A DNA stretch of 64,000 nt. It comes from Azolla caroliniana (Eukaryota; Plantae; Polypodiophyta). Positions 1 to 10,919 of this stretch are shown one piece after another (position 1 is the stretch's first letter; each line of letters starts with the position of its first letter). The notes beneath the pieces are model-generated. The model searched no databases and had not been told where the DNA came from. It saw only the letters and a list, made by a program, of their open reading frames with translations. A program made the translations under genes and the position numbers. The stretch lies in contig JBHGNT010000006.1 in the NCBI GenBank assembly GCA_043228905.1, positions 17,608,001-17,672,000 on the forward strand, written 5' to 3'.

Positions 1-289
1 TCCGAAAACACCAACCGATTAATATAATCGTGGGATTCACGAAAATAATATAATCTATACTTGTGGGATTCACAAGTTTCTTATATATTTCTTTCAATCT
101 AAATACATATTCTTATCTAAATATTGATTAATCGAATACAATACACTCGTGGGATTCACGAGATTTCTATCTCTCTTTCTAATAATCTATTCATTACTAG
201 CCTCATCTCATATTCTTCTTTCTCCTAGTCCAAAACCTCGGCGGTTCCCACCCGACTCACGCAACGATCCGGAGCCGAAAGGCACGACA
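1..289 (+). mobile_element. 3' part of an LTR of Gypsy family D (same family as 40073-47001)
   Basis: Reverse complement matches the LTRs at 40073 and 46265 (CCCACCCGACTCACGCAACGATCCGGAGCCGAAAGGCACGACA); ends in CA at 289, followed by ACGC. Confidence 0.9.
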
Positions 290-2912
290 ACGCGTGTTAT
301 GAAAGACGATCCTAATAAGTAACTTAACTAAGTCGGATTAAGCGTTGAAGTCTAATCCGGTTGCCGTAACACCCTTTGGTGAAGTGTCTCACGTAGACAC
401 CCTGTGTTAGGCCATTGTCCGGCCCGAAGAGTTAACAGCCACCAGGCGGCGGCCTTACCCCCGAGTTCTCGGCCGACATATGCAATCTTCGTACTATCTA
501 ACGTGGGATAGAGCTCAAAATGAGAGTCCCATCGTCCCAAGCATGTGCAGATTGCTTCTTCGGTTCTTTCCTTTTTTGTCTCTCATAAATGGCTTAACAA
601 CAAATGATGGTTCACCTTGTCGCTCATCAGGTCTATTAGTCTCACGTTGTAGACTAATGACACGTGCCTCAAGAGCACTCTGAGATTGTCGAAGTTCGGT
701 CATTTGTTGAGCGGTGAAACTAAGGTATTGGCTTATTTGTGCCAAATACATTTCGGTGGACATTTGTCCAGGAGGATTCCCTTGAGTTCCTTCCCTTGAG
801 CAGATGACATCGGGTCGTTAATTTGAGCCATTAAAGATTATTTCTGGAAAAGAAATAGGATAAGGTCAGAGAGATAGTCATAACATCATGTCGTGATGTA
901 AACATATCATGGGCAAACATTAATCGATATCATGATCTCACGTCAATACCCCTCTAGACGTATGAGATGAGGTTCAAGATCAGGTTACTATGGTAACACA
1001 AAGGTGTTTTAAAAACCATGGGGGTGACAATTTAATGTCTTTCCCTGATCTCTATATCGATTTTTTCATGGCAGCTCCCCAAGGCTCAACCATGTATGTT
1101 CGCGTCATGAGTAGTTTATACACGAAAAAAATGTTAACAATAAACTATGTTTCTTTGCCCACATATGTGGTTACAGCTCTTTAAGTCCTATTACGAGGAC
1201 CCCGAGGTGCACTTAGACCTTAAGTCTAAACATGTGTTATAGTCATATGTATCAAGGATGTTGTATGGTCTTGGTCATATTTGAAATCGAGACCTTGAGA
1301 ACAAACACATTAAACACTTGAGCCAACCAAGTAAGTTGCTCTTCTCGAATGCTTAATGTTTGATGCGTGTAAGAGATATGCGAGGCATTTGATCATATAT
1401 GTTTTTTTTAAAAGAACATATATGTCAAGGGTCCTTATTTCGCCCTCATTTACCAAAACTATGTTGGTACGTTACCTAATCTCAAGTCTCGTAATTACGA
1501 TGGCATACGCCAAAGTGCAACCTAATGGTCAAGCCAAATGAGCCCTCGTTTCATAGTAGGCCCATGTGGCCCATCACATGGTCACGTCATTACGAATGCC
1601 TCTCGTAAGAACGAGCTCATGGTGGCATTGTATCCATGTAACGAGGGAGGGATGTTGGATACGTGTGTCATTGGAGCGACCTCACTTGAAGTGGGTCATC
1701 AACGGGGTTGTCAACAATAAAAAATTGTTGAAAAAGGGATGGTGACAACGCCATTCTCACAAAAATGTGAGGACGGCCACCAACATCCTTTTCCCGACAA
1801 GGACAACTTTCGATATAATCACGTAATAATGAATATGCACATATGTTTACTTATCACATATATACGATCAAATACGTATATACGTGACCACATATGCCTA
1901 TATTAAACATATCGTTATATTAAATAGCCACAAATGATGTGAGCGAGATACGTAATCGAGGTATATACCTCTACGCACACGAAACATCCACAAATAAGAG
2001 ATCATCGTAATACGCAATTGAGGTATTGACCTCTTACGCATACGAGACCAAACGCATATCGTTTACAACAAATCAAGGTATTAAACTCATACGCAAACGT
2101 AACATATGTTCGTGAACGTAATACGTAATTGAGGTATTAACCTCATATGCATACGACACTCATCACATATTATTTATATATCAAACGAGGTATTGACCTC
2201 GTGCACATATGTAAACGTTTTAGATAATCAATTAAAGACCCTACAACATCATTGACTTAATGAAAAAAAATGACATATAAACTAAACACATGATTAGATG
2301 GGAGAAGAGAGAATAGAAAAAAAAATTACGAAAAGAGTTACCGAAGTTCTTTGTTGATCATTGTCTGGATCAAGGCCGACCGCACATCGATCGATCACCA
2401 TCAATCAAAAGACAAAAGACAAACAAAGAAACATGAGTACATAGCTCTGATACCAAATATTAGAGATCTAGGTACTAAAGTAAGCTTAAGATAAGGATAA
2501 ACTAATGATAGATAGAAAGGAGAAAGAGAAAGAAGGGTGTCGATCCACCCGACCACCCCCGAGCGAAGGGATCGAGACGGACTCGAGCCTCGATCGGTGT
2601 CCCATACCACCGCCGTGGCGTCGAGTCGTACCTGGTGCTAGCGCGCTCGCTACAAGAGTTGACCCACCACAAGAGCAGAGTCTCGATGTAGTCAAAAGAT
2701 GATCAAATGAGGGTAGCTAGGCCTCTTATTTATAGCGATACCCAAGGCCCCCAGGCAAGTTCACACTTGACCTAATGGGTTGTCTCAATCCCGAGGATTT
2801 AAAGTAATCCTCCCCTTCTTTACACTCTTGTTTAACCCTCACACTTATCCACATGTATAGAATACTACGGTAAATTCTCACCACGGGATATTAAATGGTC
2901 ATGCCCGTAACA
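290..2912 (-). mobile_element. Gypsy chromovirus family A, copy 1: 5' LTR 2458-2912, PBS-Met, long 5' UTR, degenerate gag N-terminus (~290-820)
   Basis: LTR matches 37045-37499; PBS TGGTATCAGAGC at 2444-2455 (-); ~440-2205 aligns with ~47915-49677; gag motif KIAYVGRELGGKAAAWW. Confidence 0.9.
1958..2201. repeat. Degenerate array of GAGGT-N4-ACCTC hairpin units in the family A 5' UTR
   Basis: GAGGTATTGACCTC or variants recur about 5 times at 50-70 bp spacing; same array at 49443-49668. Confidence 0.75.
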
Positions 2913-3437
2913 GGCATCACGGCTTCCAGCCCAAAGGCTATCTTGAAAGGCAGTGATTGTATGTTGGTCTTATAGCTGGTACGGTATGCCCTTAATGCGC
3001 TATGCATTTTGGTATCCCAATCCGTTCTGTTCTCATTGACTATCGTTTTGAGGATAGTTTGTAGGGTTTTATTCGTGGATTCTACCAAGCCATTTGCAAG
3101 TGGGTAATACGACATACTTTTTTTGTGAACCACAGCGTAATGTTGGGTCAGTTCGTTGATGACCGTATTCAGAAAGTGACTCCCTTGGTCACTAATGAGC
3201 TCGATAGGGCAGCCGAAACAACACTAGATGTGTTCATAAAGGAATTTCGCCGTGACTGCCGCGGTATTCTCGCGTAGTGGTTTCGCTTCTACCCACTTGG
3301 TACAGTAATCTGTGGCCACCAGGATATACTTATTGCCTGTTCGAGCGGCCGCCGGGGTAAAGGGTCCCACAAAATCTAGCCCCCACTTTTGGAAAGGATC
3401 CAGTGGCAACACTGGTTGATGTGGCATTCTTGCGGGA
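2913..3437 (-). pseudogene. Gypsy (non-chromovirus, Athila/Tat-like) integrase core fragment
   Basis: [31 protein letters not shown] and YYPLANGLVESTNKTL..AYRTSYKT motifs; internal stop. Confidence 0.9.
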
Positions 3438-3664
3438 TCCTAAGCTTTGTTGATCATACGATCGTCGACAAGGAGTGCGAATGGTGTATCATTGGTGCAC
3501 GGCTTAGAGAGCATGAGAGAGAGATTAAACCTTCATAACTTAAATTACTATAAGGATTAAAACTTAAATATAACTAAAATATCTAAACCCTATAATGAGA
3601 AAGGGAGAGAGGGCTAGTCATTAGGTATTAATTCAAAAGACAAACAAATGTTGCGAACATGTTA

Positions 3665-3705
<41 letters not shown>

Positions 3706-3772
3706 GTGATTAAGAGCAAAGCTACTACTAATTATCATTAAGATTAGGAAAGAAAAGAAATTACATGGGGAT

Positions 3773-3830
3773 ATGGTCATGAGCAAACTAGTTTCGCCCA
3801 CTATGGGCTCATCAGTGCTAAAATGACCAT
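3773..3830 (-). ncRNA. Type I minimal hammerhead ribozyme
   Basis: Minus strand reads ATGGTCAT-TTT-AGCA-CTGATGA-GCCCA TAG TGGGC-GAAA-CTAG-TT-TGCT-C-ATGACCAT: core CUGAUGA and GAAA, 5-bp stem II, palindromic mini stem III, bulged stem I of 4+8 bp. Confidence 0.88.
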
Positions 3831-4170
3831 TAGGGTTGGATAGGTTTATATAAGGAGTTTTAGGAAAGGGTTTAGAGGAATGACAATAGGGAGTGGGGGT
3901 GTGTGCTTATGGATATGATTTGGAAAGGGGAAGATTTGGAGAAGAAGGAAAAAGATATTATGAGCTTTAATGTGACAAGGGGGAGGTTTTGGTATAAGAA
4001 AATAGAGGTTATAATGTTAAGGAGGAATAAGAGAAGAGAGAGTTAGGATATGAAATGTAAAAAGAGGGGAAATATTAAAAGGGGAGTTAAGATTGAGGGG
4101 GAAATAAGGAAAATCAGTGAGATGATGAGAAGGGAAGGAAAGAGGAAAGAGGGGAGAGAGAGTGAGAAAA

Positions 4171-4216
<46 letters not shown>

Positions 4217-4926
4217 AATGAGTAGACATAAGTGGAGTGAGTAGATCTACGAGGATCAAGGGTGGGGAAATGAGAGAAAAGTAAGAGAGAGAAAGAGGGT
4301 AGAGAGAGGAGAGAGATGCACGTGTAAACTAGACAAAGCAAGAAAGAGAAAGGAAATAGGAGAGAGGTAAGGGAGAGAGACAAGTGTGGGGAAAGAGCAA
4401 AAAGAAAAAGGGGGAAGGTTATAGATTTAGGAAGAGGATGGGGAGGGGTAGAGTAAGAAAAAGTAGAACATGGGTGAGGGTAGAAAAACAAAAATGGAAA
4501 GGTGGATAAAATAGGATAGGAAAAGATTTTGAGAGGGAGAAGGAAAAACTAAGAGAGGGGGAAGTGATAGCTTAAGTGTGAGAGAGGAAAAGATTTAGAG
4601 AGAGGAGGGGTGTGGGTAAAGTGTTTAGTTTTTAAGAAATGAGGGGGGGTGTTTAGGGGAGGGGTAGAGTGGTAATAGGAAAAAGTGGGAGGGGGGGTAG
4701 AAAGGTAAATTTGAGAAAGTGAGGGGGAAGGGTAGGAGGGTAAATAAGGGTAATTTAGGAAAAGCAATTTAGGAAGGTAAGGGAGGGGTACGGCGGTAAA
4801 TTGACAAAGTGGGGGTGAAGTGAAAAGTTCACCAAGAACGATTTGAGCGCACCCAAACCGTTTGATACACTTGGTGTGAGATAGGGAGGGTTAAGGTTTA
4901 GGGTAGGGTGGTAATATAAAAGTAAA

Positions 4927-4966
<40 letters not shown>

Positions 4967-4980
4967 ACGATATAAAAGTA

Positions 4981-5037
<57 letters not shown>

Positions 5038-5372
5038 AGGATATGAAATAGGAAATAGAGAGAGAGAGAGAGAGAGAAGAAATATATGGGGGAACCAAGA
5101 AATCAAAGAGAGAGGGGAATGAAAAAGGAGAAGAGTGTTATGGAGAGAGAAGAGGGAGGGGTAGGAAAAAATAAAAATGGTGAAACATGGGTGAGGGTAG
5201 AAACTACAAATAAAAGGAAATCGAGGTTGCATTAAAAAGATACTAAAAGAAAACTTAAGGGGAGGGGCAAAGTTAAACTATATGGAAATGGAGAAGAGGG
5301 GTGGTGGGTAAATATAATCTAAAGATTAGGTTTTTAATAAAAGTGTAGGAGAGAGATATGAGTCAAAATATG

Positions 5373-5575
5373 AAAAAGTAGGGGAAGGTGTAGGGTTGAA
5401 ATTACTAGAAAGTAGGAAGGGTAGGACTGGAAATAGGAAAAAGTAGGGGAGGGGTAGGGTTGAAAATAGAAGAAAGTAGGGGGGAATGGTAGGGCTCAAA
5501 ATAGGTGAAAGTACGGGAAGGGTAGGGCTAAAAATAGGTGAAAGTACGGGAGGGGTAGGGCTAAAAATATGAAAA
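5373..5575 (+). repeat. G-rich ~30-bp minisatellite (about 6-7 units)
   Basis: AAAATAGGTGAAAGTACGGGAGGGGTAGGGCT and variants in tandem. Confidence 0.8.
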
Positions 5576-5577
5576 AT

Positions 5578-6840
5578 CTAACAAGGAGTGAGTGCATATG
5601 AGGACATGGAAAACCTTTCTTCTTCGTCGTCCAGCTCGAGCTGTAGCACTCGTTCTATAACCATGTCGGCCGTTTCTCCTTTCACTCTACTGTTGTTGAG
5701 CGTCGTCCGTATCAGTCGTCGTAGAGTTGCCAAGAGTGTCTCCCGAGCCTCATCCTCCGTCGGGCCCCGTTCTAATTTCCATCGTAGATTTTGGAAGCGT
5801 AAACTGAAATCCGCTACAGTCTCGACCAGCAACGGTTTAATTGTATAAAACTACCTGAGGATTTCGCATTGCGGCACCTTCTGATGAAAGAAACGCAAAA
5901 AGGCCAACTGCAGCTAGTCGAAGGTCTTGATTGCTGGCAGATCCATCTACGAATGCCAAAACGCCACTCTCCCATCCAGAGTTAATCCGAACTCTGTCAT
6001 TTTGGACTAGTGCGCAACTTCTTTGGGAAGGCTCTGGGCCATGTGATTTGCATTCCAGAAATTTAGGAACAGGCGAATGTGGGTTGTGGTGTCGGTTTCG
6101 TCGTTGAAGCGGGGATACGAGAAGGCCATGCTAGACGCTACGGCGGGTAGGGAAGGACCACGGTGCTTGTGTGGTGAGCGAACTTTCTGCCTGTCGCCAG
6201 GGTATTTGGTGAGCGGAAACTCGTCTTTGTGGTCCCGATAGGTATCACTGAGGTCACTGAGGCGAGGTTTTTGCTGTGCGCGTTCCTCTGCCTAGCGTGT
6301 GATGGACCTTGTGATTGGTCAGTCTTGTCGTGTTGGTTCTCTGGGACGTCTGCGGCTAAACATCCATTCATCGTTGTTCGTCTGTGTCAAGAAGACACAG
6401 ATCACCAGGCGTGCCAAAAGTGTTACCGATTAGGAGCACAGTCTTCAGTCAGTCCTTCGACCTAGACCTCAAGGTGACTGCGTTGCTACGAATGGTATCG
6501 TCATACCGTAATACGTAATGGGATAACTCTCTGTATCCTAGTAGCGTATAAGAGAGACGGCTCAACCAAACTCCCTAGACAGTGCACTAGTCAGAGCACT
6601 CGCACTCATGCCAATGCTTCTTACGATTACAATGATTACAATATGCCACCAAGAATCATAGACACAAGATATCAGAGAAGATAAAACTCTATTAAGATAC
6701 GCTCTGTGCACCAAAATTTACACACTACCTCTATCAGAGGATTTCGGCCCTTTATATACGCAAGGCAGGGTCTTTTAGCACGTCTCGCACTCCGCTCCGC
6801 TTTGCGTACCCTTTCGAAAAGGTACATTGTTTCCCTAACA
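5578..6840 (-). mobile_element. Gypsy family B 5' end: LTR (6421 to ~6840), Arg-like PBS, degenerate gag
   Basis: TGTTA..TAACA at 6421/6840; TGGCACGCCTGGTG just inside the LTR; gag motif ETVADFSLRFQNL; the LTR may extend further right. Confidence 0.65.
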
Positions 6841-6899
6841 TCTGAGTCGGTGCTCTCGTCTTCGGTGTCCTCCGCAACCTCCGATGTTGCCGCTTCGCC

Positions 6900-7560
6900 C
6901 CGAGGTACACCCTCTTGGTCCGCCTGGCCCGCTCGGCCGCACACATCCTTCGGGATGCCCCATTTTCTCTTCACGGTAGGTGACCCTCCGTTCTCCACGC
7001 ATCTCCTCCGTTTTCCCAGACACAATCCTTCGTTCATGCCGATCGCGCTCGTCTCGTTTAGTCGATCTTGGCGTCTCGTCGCGCCGTCCGCCGTCTCGCG
7101 CTTGCCTCTCGAAGGCTTCCTCCAACCGTCATCATCGGTGACTCATTGCAACTCCTCCGAATGCACGCTCATTCTTTGGTCCTTAGGTGACCCCATTACG
7201 GGCACCTCGATTCTCCCTTGCTCTCCGTGCTCTCTCGTAGTAGAGCGTATCGTCATCCTGACCTTCGTGTCGGGGTTCTTCGCGGCTCTCGTTACCGCTT
7301 CATCCCGACTCGCATCCTCTTGGCCCGCTTGGCCCCGCATGTCCTCCGGAACGCCGCTTCGTCCCTCCCCGGTGCATAACTCTTTGCTTTCTACGCATCA
7401 TCCTCCGCTTTCGTCGTTCATCCACCGATCCCGGCAACTCACCGCTCCGTTTCTTGTAGCGTGCTTGCCTCTCAAAGGCTCGACCGGTCCACCGTTGTCG
7501 GTCACTCGTTGCCACTCTTCTGGCTGCATGCTTGCTTCTTGGCCCTTCGCCGGCCGTAGT
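6900..7560. repeat. Degenerate ~400-bp GC-rich tandem duplication (retroelement non-coding)
   Basis: TCTTGGyCCGCyTGGCCC and GCTTGCCTCTCrAAGGCT..ACTCrTTGCmACTC each occur twice about 400 bp apart. Confidence 0.55.
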
Positions 7561-7589
7561 GCATGCTCCGTTTTACGCCGTAATGCATG

Positions 7590-8749
7590 CTTTGTAGCCA
7601 GGACCAAGACATGGCCAGATGTGGTCAAGGGCCCGAAGGAGAACGAATTGGAGACAACTAATTCGGACTAGAGCTAGAAAGAATCAAAACTAGCTGATTC
7701 GATCTTGGAAGGTGATTCGGATGAGCCAAATTACACAGATTCCAAGCGAACGAGGAGGCAGCCGAAGCCGACACCGACACAAAGGAGTCGATGGACGTGA
7801 GAGCTGACAAGGGCCTTGGAAGTAGACAAGCTGACCGTAAGGGTCAAGATTTGTGGAACCAGACGGATCAAGAAGCGTCAGACCGAAAGGGTCGTGGGAC
7901 GCAACACCGAACTGGACGAGGAGCACGAACGAGGCGTCGGGACGCTAGGAGAAAAGGCTGGAATGACAAACCAGGTGGAACTGACATGAAGGGACCTCAA
8001 GTTGAGCTTAAGGGGGAGTGTTGAGAGACAAGCTCAACATGGGTAGAGGGCCAAGGGCCGAGAAGCAAGAGCTGAGAGCCTAGGGCCGACAATCGTAAGC
8101 CTAATCGAAAGGATTCCAAAAAGTCTGTTGAGGGCCTATATTCCTATGATAGGAGATAGGAATATTGTAGGCAGAAATAGTGTTGGGCTCATTTATGAGC
8201 ATTCCAATACTGACAGTACTTGTGTCAGCCCACTCGTTAGGGGCCTGTATAAAAAGTGCTCATTGAGCACAGTGTATGTACAAAGGATTCATTGTTCGAA
8301 ATAGAAGTTGTTGTCTGCTCTCTCTGTTTCTCTCTCACCATTCTCTATGTTTACCTAATTGTCGAGTTTCTGAAACCATCTATGTACTTAGTGTCTATCA
8401 CACACGCTTCCGCACATGTATCCTTTTATAGAGGCCTACGATCCTAGCTTAGTATGTAGGCATATCTTTTGGAGTTTGTGTCAGTCGCTTAGTACAAGCA
8501 TTGAAGTACATGTCAGTCCTTTTAAGGACTTGTATAAAAGTGCTCACTCAGCACATTGTATGTACAGAGCATTCATTATTTGAAATTGAGGCTTTGTTGT
8601 CTATTGTCTCTCTCTCTCAACTACCTACTCTGCGTATTCCACTCTCTGTGTTTCTGTTGCGATCCGGTTGAGCCGGTTGAGATCTGTGTTTAGCTTCCGC
8701 ATTATTTCTTTTTCATCTATGTACACTGAAGTATTTATTCAAGCCAACA
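7590..8749 (+). mobile_element. Copia family C 3' region, PPT and 3' LTR (8019-8749)
   Basis: PPT AAGGGGGAG then TGTTG..CAACA; 3' region (TKTWPDVVKG..ELETTNSD) homologous to 17830-18420 on the minus strand. Confidence 0.8.
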
Positions 8750-8819
8750 GTTAGACTTTAGAATAAAACGGCTCATTATTAAAAGGTACATCTTTGTATG
8801 TATAGCCTTCTAGAGCGTT

Positions 8820-9306
8820 TTCTTAATACTAATGTAGTAGCTATTTTTGGAGAAAAGAAACAAAAGAGAAGTTTTCAAGTTAAGAAGAAAACTTGGTCAT
8901 GGTGATCGTAATATGTACTTGAGAGGGAGTGTTGAGGATCAAGCACAATTTAAAAATATGTATAACAAAATGACATATCGAGATTTGAACCTTGTCCCTC
9001 TATTGTAAAGACTATGCCACTTACAATTAGGGTATACATCATTGTCGACATATAAATGATAAAGTCATTGGCATGGAACGCATGGGATTCCATCTGGCAA
9101 CGATGCATGTAATCCTAGGAGGTGAAGCCATGTGGTGACCATGCTCACATGCCTCATCTTATATATGAATGGGGCTTACCCCTAGTATTCTATTTATTCA
9201 TTCCTAAGTTCTCCTCATCAAAGCATATGACAAGTACCTATAGGCTACATTATTCAGAGCTACATTTTCTCAATCATTAAATATGTCAATATAACAAAAT
9301 ATATCA
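8820..9306 (+). mobile_element. Old Copia 3' end and LTR (8930 to ~9306)
   Basis: Degenerate RNase H tail (..LRRKLG), PPT TGAGAGGGAG, TGTTGAG start; right end approximate. Confidence 0.6.
8970..9040 (-). promoter_or_regulatory. tRNA-like Pol III module in a Copia LTR
   Basis: Minus strand: TACCCTAATTGTAAG (degenerate A box) .. CAAGGTTCAAATCTC (B box); flanks GATGTAT/ATATGTC can pair. Confidence 0.55.
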
Positions 9307-9696
9307 TTGGCTATGGTTAACCCCAAGAAAATATGGAAGTGGTGCACTCAAGTCCACTTGTTACAATCATTTCATTTAACCCTAAGAAGATACGGAGGTG
9401 GTGCACTTAGGTCCACTCATTTCAAGGATCTCAGACGTGAAAGAGAGGAGAAAGAAAACAAACTTTGTTTACTATTTTTGTACCCTATATCCATTATTGT
9501 TTACCTTTTTTTTCTACACCATAACTATTCTACTTTTTAACATTCACAAAATATGTCACATGTGGTGTCACCATCAATAACACATGGCATGTCTTATCAC
9601 CTATTTCATTGTTCTTCGTCTTGATAAGTTTTCGTCCGCTTTGGATAACCTTTTCTTTTAGAGAGGAAGATGGAGACATAGAAAGTGGTGGAGAGA

Positions 9697-10126
9697 TGAT
9701 AGATAGATAGATTAGATTATCATCTTCAGAGGTCAAATATGACCTATGAGACAAAAAATATTACATTTCACGTGATACATGTGAAAGTGAGTAGTGATTC
9801 TTGATGTTCAAGAACTTTACCAATGAATGTTGCAATCGAGAGTGCACATTGTGGTTGTGAGAGGAATTCATGCAAGGATTGGGCTCAGTCGAAGAGAAGT
9901 GGAAAGCATGGTCGAATATGATCAAAGGCAGAGCATTGTATCAAAGTGTGATACTCAAACTCGCGAACTTGTTTAGGGCAAAGTGTGCATAGTGGACCAC
10001 TCTCATCACATGTGCCCCAACGCCCTGTCTCACATCGCAATGCATGTGAGCTAAGTTGCATGGAAGCAATGGTTCGAATGGCAGATAATGGCATGGGCTC
10101 TAACATGTATCGATGTGTACGGTTTG
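9697..10126 (-). mobile_element. 5'-truncated RTEX-like LINE, 3' end
   Basis: Homologous to ~29650-30072; LRCETGRW..CTLC..EYHTLIQC zinc finger; (ATCT)n tail; starts next to a (CT)n tract. Confidence 0.88.
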
Positions 10127-10189
10127 AGAGAGAGAGAGAGAGCAAAAACATTGTACAAATCACATTACTATATGAGATCGTTTGTCTTC

Positions 10190-10249
10190 TAATTTTGATA
10201 GGAACGGAATGCATTTACAAAAGGTAAAAGAGAAAAGAAAAAGAGGGGT

Positions 10250-10282
<33 letters not shown>

Positions 10283-10515
10283 TTAATGGCTTGTAAGACC
10301 AAATTTGAAGAAGAGCGGACCCCAACATCTTTATCACCTATTTCATTGTTCTTCATTAATAAGTTTTGGTCCACTTCTTTAGATAACCTTTCACATACAC
10401 ATCACATTGCTATAAGATATGTTGTGTCTTCTTATAAGTTTGGTCCAGTCCTTTACACGGTACACCTATTTTTTTGATAAGGGAGACAGAATGCATTTAC
10501 AGAAAGGGAAAAGAG

Positions 10516-10555
<40 letters not shown>

Positions 10556-10590
10556 TTAATGTCTGCTAAGACCAAATTTGAAGGAGCGCG
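10190..10590. repeat. Two diverged ~125-bp copies (~280-bp spacing) upstream of the GDSL gene
   Basis: GAATGCATTTACA..(GA)n-TATTAATG..AAGACCAAATTTGAAG at ~10195-10320 and ~10475-10590; 10325-10390 also resembles 9590-9655. Confidence 0.7.
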
Positions 10591-10919
10591 GGGTTCGAAA
10601 GGTTTGGTTCTAGCCTTACTTATTATCACTATGTACTATAAGTCCTCGAAATCAGAGCTACAGATTACGTGTTTTATTTGGAATGGAATTGTGAAGGATA
10701 CCGACGAGTGGTTGTAAAGAATGAAAAAGAAAAAGTAGAGAATAAATCTACGGAACTAAGAGGGAGAAATTGCCACTTTGGACATCGTCATAGAAATTTC
10801 CCTTTCATGATGATCTACATAGATCACGTGCATCTCGTGTATCCCTTCCCCTCTCTCTCTCTCTCTGTTTCTCATATCTACGTACCCTCCTCACCCACGC
10901 AAAGCCACCACACTAAGAA

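Larger units (their letters stand above)
3438..5577 (-). mobile_element. ORF-less purine-rich (plus strand) insert carrying a hammerhead ribozyme; Penelope pLTR/retrozyme-like non-autonomous element
   Basis: Lies between integrase and gag remnants of a Gypsy element; strong GA bias, (GA)n tracts, hammerhead at 3773-3830, ~30-bp repeats at the right end. Confidence 0.45.

Noticed and set aside
610-635. CTGATGAG..GAA on minus (also at ~48095-48110) as a hammerhead core
   Set aside because: No stable stem II, GAAC instead of GAAA, and it is gag coding sequence (PDERQGEP).
4017-5232. ORFs rich in SLSLSL/ERERER
   Set aside because: Translations of (GA)n microsatellite and purine-biased DNA.
5878-5900. 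CTGATGAAAGAAAC as a hammerhead core
   Set aside because: No stem II between the motifs; lies in a gag remnant.
6706-7671. 321-aa open frame
   Set aside because: No recognisable domain; spans an LTR, a GC-rich duplication and a different element, so it is probably a chance frame.
8030-8055. AGCTCAACATGGGTAGAG as an A box
   Set aside because: No B box follows.
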